Part shown: positions 24,137 through 25,472 of the stretch, piece after piece
Layout of the letters: every line of letters begins with the position of its first letter
Position numbering within the stretch: the stretch's first letter is position 1
DNA from: a virus
Lineage: Duplodnaviria; Caudoviricetes
Length of the DNA stretch: 25,472 nt
Reading direction: 5' to 3' (one strand)
IMG/VR virus record: IMGVR_UViG_3300027863_000162
Coordinates: 1-25,472 of that record
Program-made: the position numbers and the translations under genes
The notes under the pieces: model-generated
The model's database searches: none
What the model saw: only the letters and a program-made list of their open reading frames with translations
What the model was told of the DNA's origin: nothing

Positions 24137-25147
24137 TCATTTCGCCGCTCTTTCCGCCGCCGCTACTTGCTCTTGGATTTCGTTTATCGTCTGAAAAGAA
24201 AACTGGCTCTTGAAAAGTTCAGTTTTTAATTTAGCCAAACGCTCGACCAATTCGTTTGACTCTATTTTTTTGACTGGTTCTCTAATGTATCTTGCAGCGA
24301 AAATGTCAATTTCGCGCCAAAATTCTGAGTCATTCTGGGCGCGATTCATTAATCCGTTAATAATTCCTGCTGAAAGAAAAGTGGCTATTGACGGGCTAAA
24401 TTTTCTGAAGCTCGGATGAGCCAGGAAGTAAATGGCTAATTGTTCTAATTGATTTTGGCTTAAAATCTCCATATCAAGCACTCTTTTAAGATTTCTGGCG
24501 TCCTTGCCTGTGATTATTGGTTTGATGCCGCGCGTGCGCTGTGTTGTTTCGTGCCAGAATTGAATGAATTGATTATGCTCTTTATGAGGTTTTTTCTTTT
24601 GTTTTTCCTCTTTTTTTTCTGTTTCCTGCGGCTTTGCCGCATATATATTTTTTGTATAATCGGTTTCTTTTGTAGTGTGTCCTTTTTGCGTGGGTCTTTT
24701 TGTCACACGATGTTTTTTTATTATCGTGTGTCCTTTTGTCACACGATGTTCTTCTGGTGAATCGTCAAATAGTGTTTGCGGCGGGTGGTGAAGGTTTAAC
24801 CTATAAAAAATCTTACCGAATTTTGCCCTGCGTTTTTCTGCTGTGTCTAATAGTTCCCCGTCTTCGCTTCGGGCTTCGATAAGGTTGTATTTTTCGATTA
24901 GGTTTTTGATGGCTTTGGAGATGTGTTTGGCGCTGCGTCCTGTCTTTTTCATGAGTTGCCCCCTACTGATCCAGTCTTTTTCTTTTCGCCGTCCAGTTGC
25001 TTCATCTTCTATCCAGCCGAGTGTTTGGTCTGCCACTACAAGAAGAATTCTAAGTTCTACGTCTGATAAACGTGGCATCCATTCTCTAATTATTAAATGG
25101 GGAATCTGAGTTGTATTTGGAATAATTAAGTATTTTTGATCGTTCAT
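24137..25147 (-). CDS. replication initiator, lambda O-like N-terminus
   Basis: TQIP...LS..EL......T.GW.K..DWIS..QL...TG winged-helix pattern; internal iterons. Confidence 0.85.
   Translation of the reverse strand: MNDQKYLIIPNTTQIPHLIIREWMPRLSDVELRILLVVADQTLGWIEDEATGRRKEKDWISRGQLMKKTGRSAKHISKAIKNLIEKYNLIEARSEDGELLDTAEKRRAKFGKIFYRLNLHHPPQTLFDDSPEEHRVTKGHTIIKKHRVTKRPTQKGHTTKETDYTKNIYAAKPQETEKKEEKQKKKPHKEHNQFIQFWHETTQRTRGIKPIITGKDARNLKRVLDMEILSQNQLEQLAIYFLAHPSFRKFSPSIATFLSAGIINGLMNRAQNDSEFWREIDIFAARYIREPVKKIESNELVERLAKLKTELFKSQFSFQTINEIQEQVAAAERAAK
24675..24750. repeat. iterons, probable replication origin
   Basis: 26-bp repeat at 24689-714 and 24725-750 (2 mismatches), a partial copy at 24675, and an adjacent AT-rich tract. 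Confidence 0.75.
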
Positions 25148-25160
25148 GATAATATAAAAC

Positions 25161-25472
25161 TTAGAAAAGCCTATTTAAAGCCGCGAGCCGACGCTTTTTC
25201 TCTTGGCGCTCGTATTCTTTGACATGCCAGCAAGTGCCGCGATATTTATATGATGGGCAGTTACAAATAATAGTCGAGCCGATGTCTATCACCTGATAGA
25301 TTGTGTTGCGCTGCGTTTTTGATACAAACTCCATCTTTTTTGGTTTGTTGATTTCACTGGGCGGGCGGCGGTCTCCTGTTTCAGTAGGATAACCCATTGC
25401 CGCCCGCCATTCTTGTATATTGATTTTTCTTTTTTTGACTACTCGTTCGTCTGTCGGCAAATATTTACCTCG
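25161..25472 (-). CDS. 3' part of the SWIM Zn-finger protein (starts at 304 across the junction)
   Basis: CNCPSYKYRGTCWH matches CxCx(n)CxH. Confidence 0.85.
   Translation of the reverse strand, partial: RGKYLPTDERVVKKRKINIQEWRAAMGYPTETGDRRPPSEINKPKKMEFVSKTQRNTIYQVIDIGSTIICNCPSYKYRGTCWHVKEYERQEKKRRLAALNRLF
25347..25472. repeat. 126-bp terminal direct repeat, right copy
   Basis: Identical to 5-130. Confidence 0.97.

Noticed and set aside
71-25109. Many plus-strand ORFs in the track
   Set aside because: They are antisense shadows of well-supported minus-strand genes. Only 11076/11091..11519 occupies its own space and has a promoter.
1-25472. Diversity-generating retroelement, retron, tRNA genes or stop-codon recoding
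   Set aside because: No reverse transcriptase motifs, template/variable repeat pair or tRNA cloverleaf were seen. Genes are intact in code 11 and use TAA, TAG and TGA as stops.

Overview
This window is a complete, circularly permuted genome of about 25,342 bp from a small temperate tailed (siphovirus-like) phage. Bases 5-130 equal 25347-25472, and one ORF reads cleanly across the junction. Every gene except one is on the minus strand. In transcription order it carries: a lambda-O-like replication initiator with internal iterons, a resolvase, a degenerate ParB gene, TerS and TerL, a portal-MuF fusion, an HK97 protease and capsid, neck and tail genes with a -1 frameshift chaperone, a short tape measure, a Gly-rich fibre, a four-gene lysis cassette, a Xer-like recombinase, a tiny HTH regulator and an SSAP/exonuclease pair. 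Most starts lack Shine-Dalgarno sites, which suggests a CPR/Patescibacteria-type host (inference only). Two observations stand out. First, the single plus-strand gene has its own promoter and encodes a membrane-anchored copy of a domain of the phage's own tail-tip protein, a candidate tail-mimic exclusion system. Second, three promoters are each followed by a structured leader that ends in a terminator-like hairpin, which suggests RNA-level control of the life cycle. All protein calls come from motif recognition and synteny, not from database searches.
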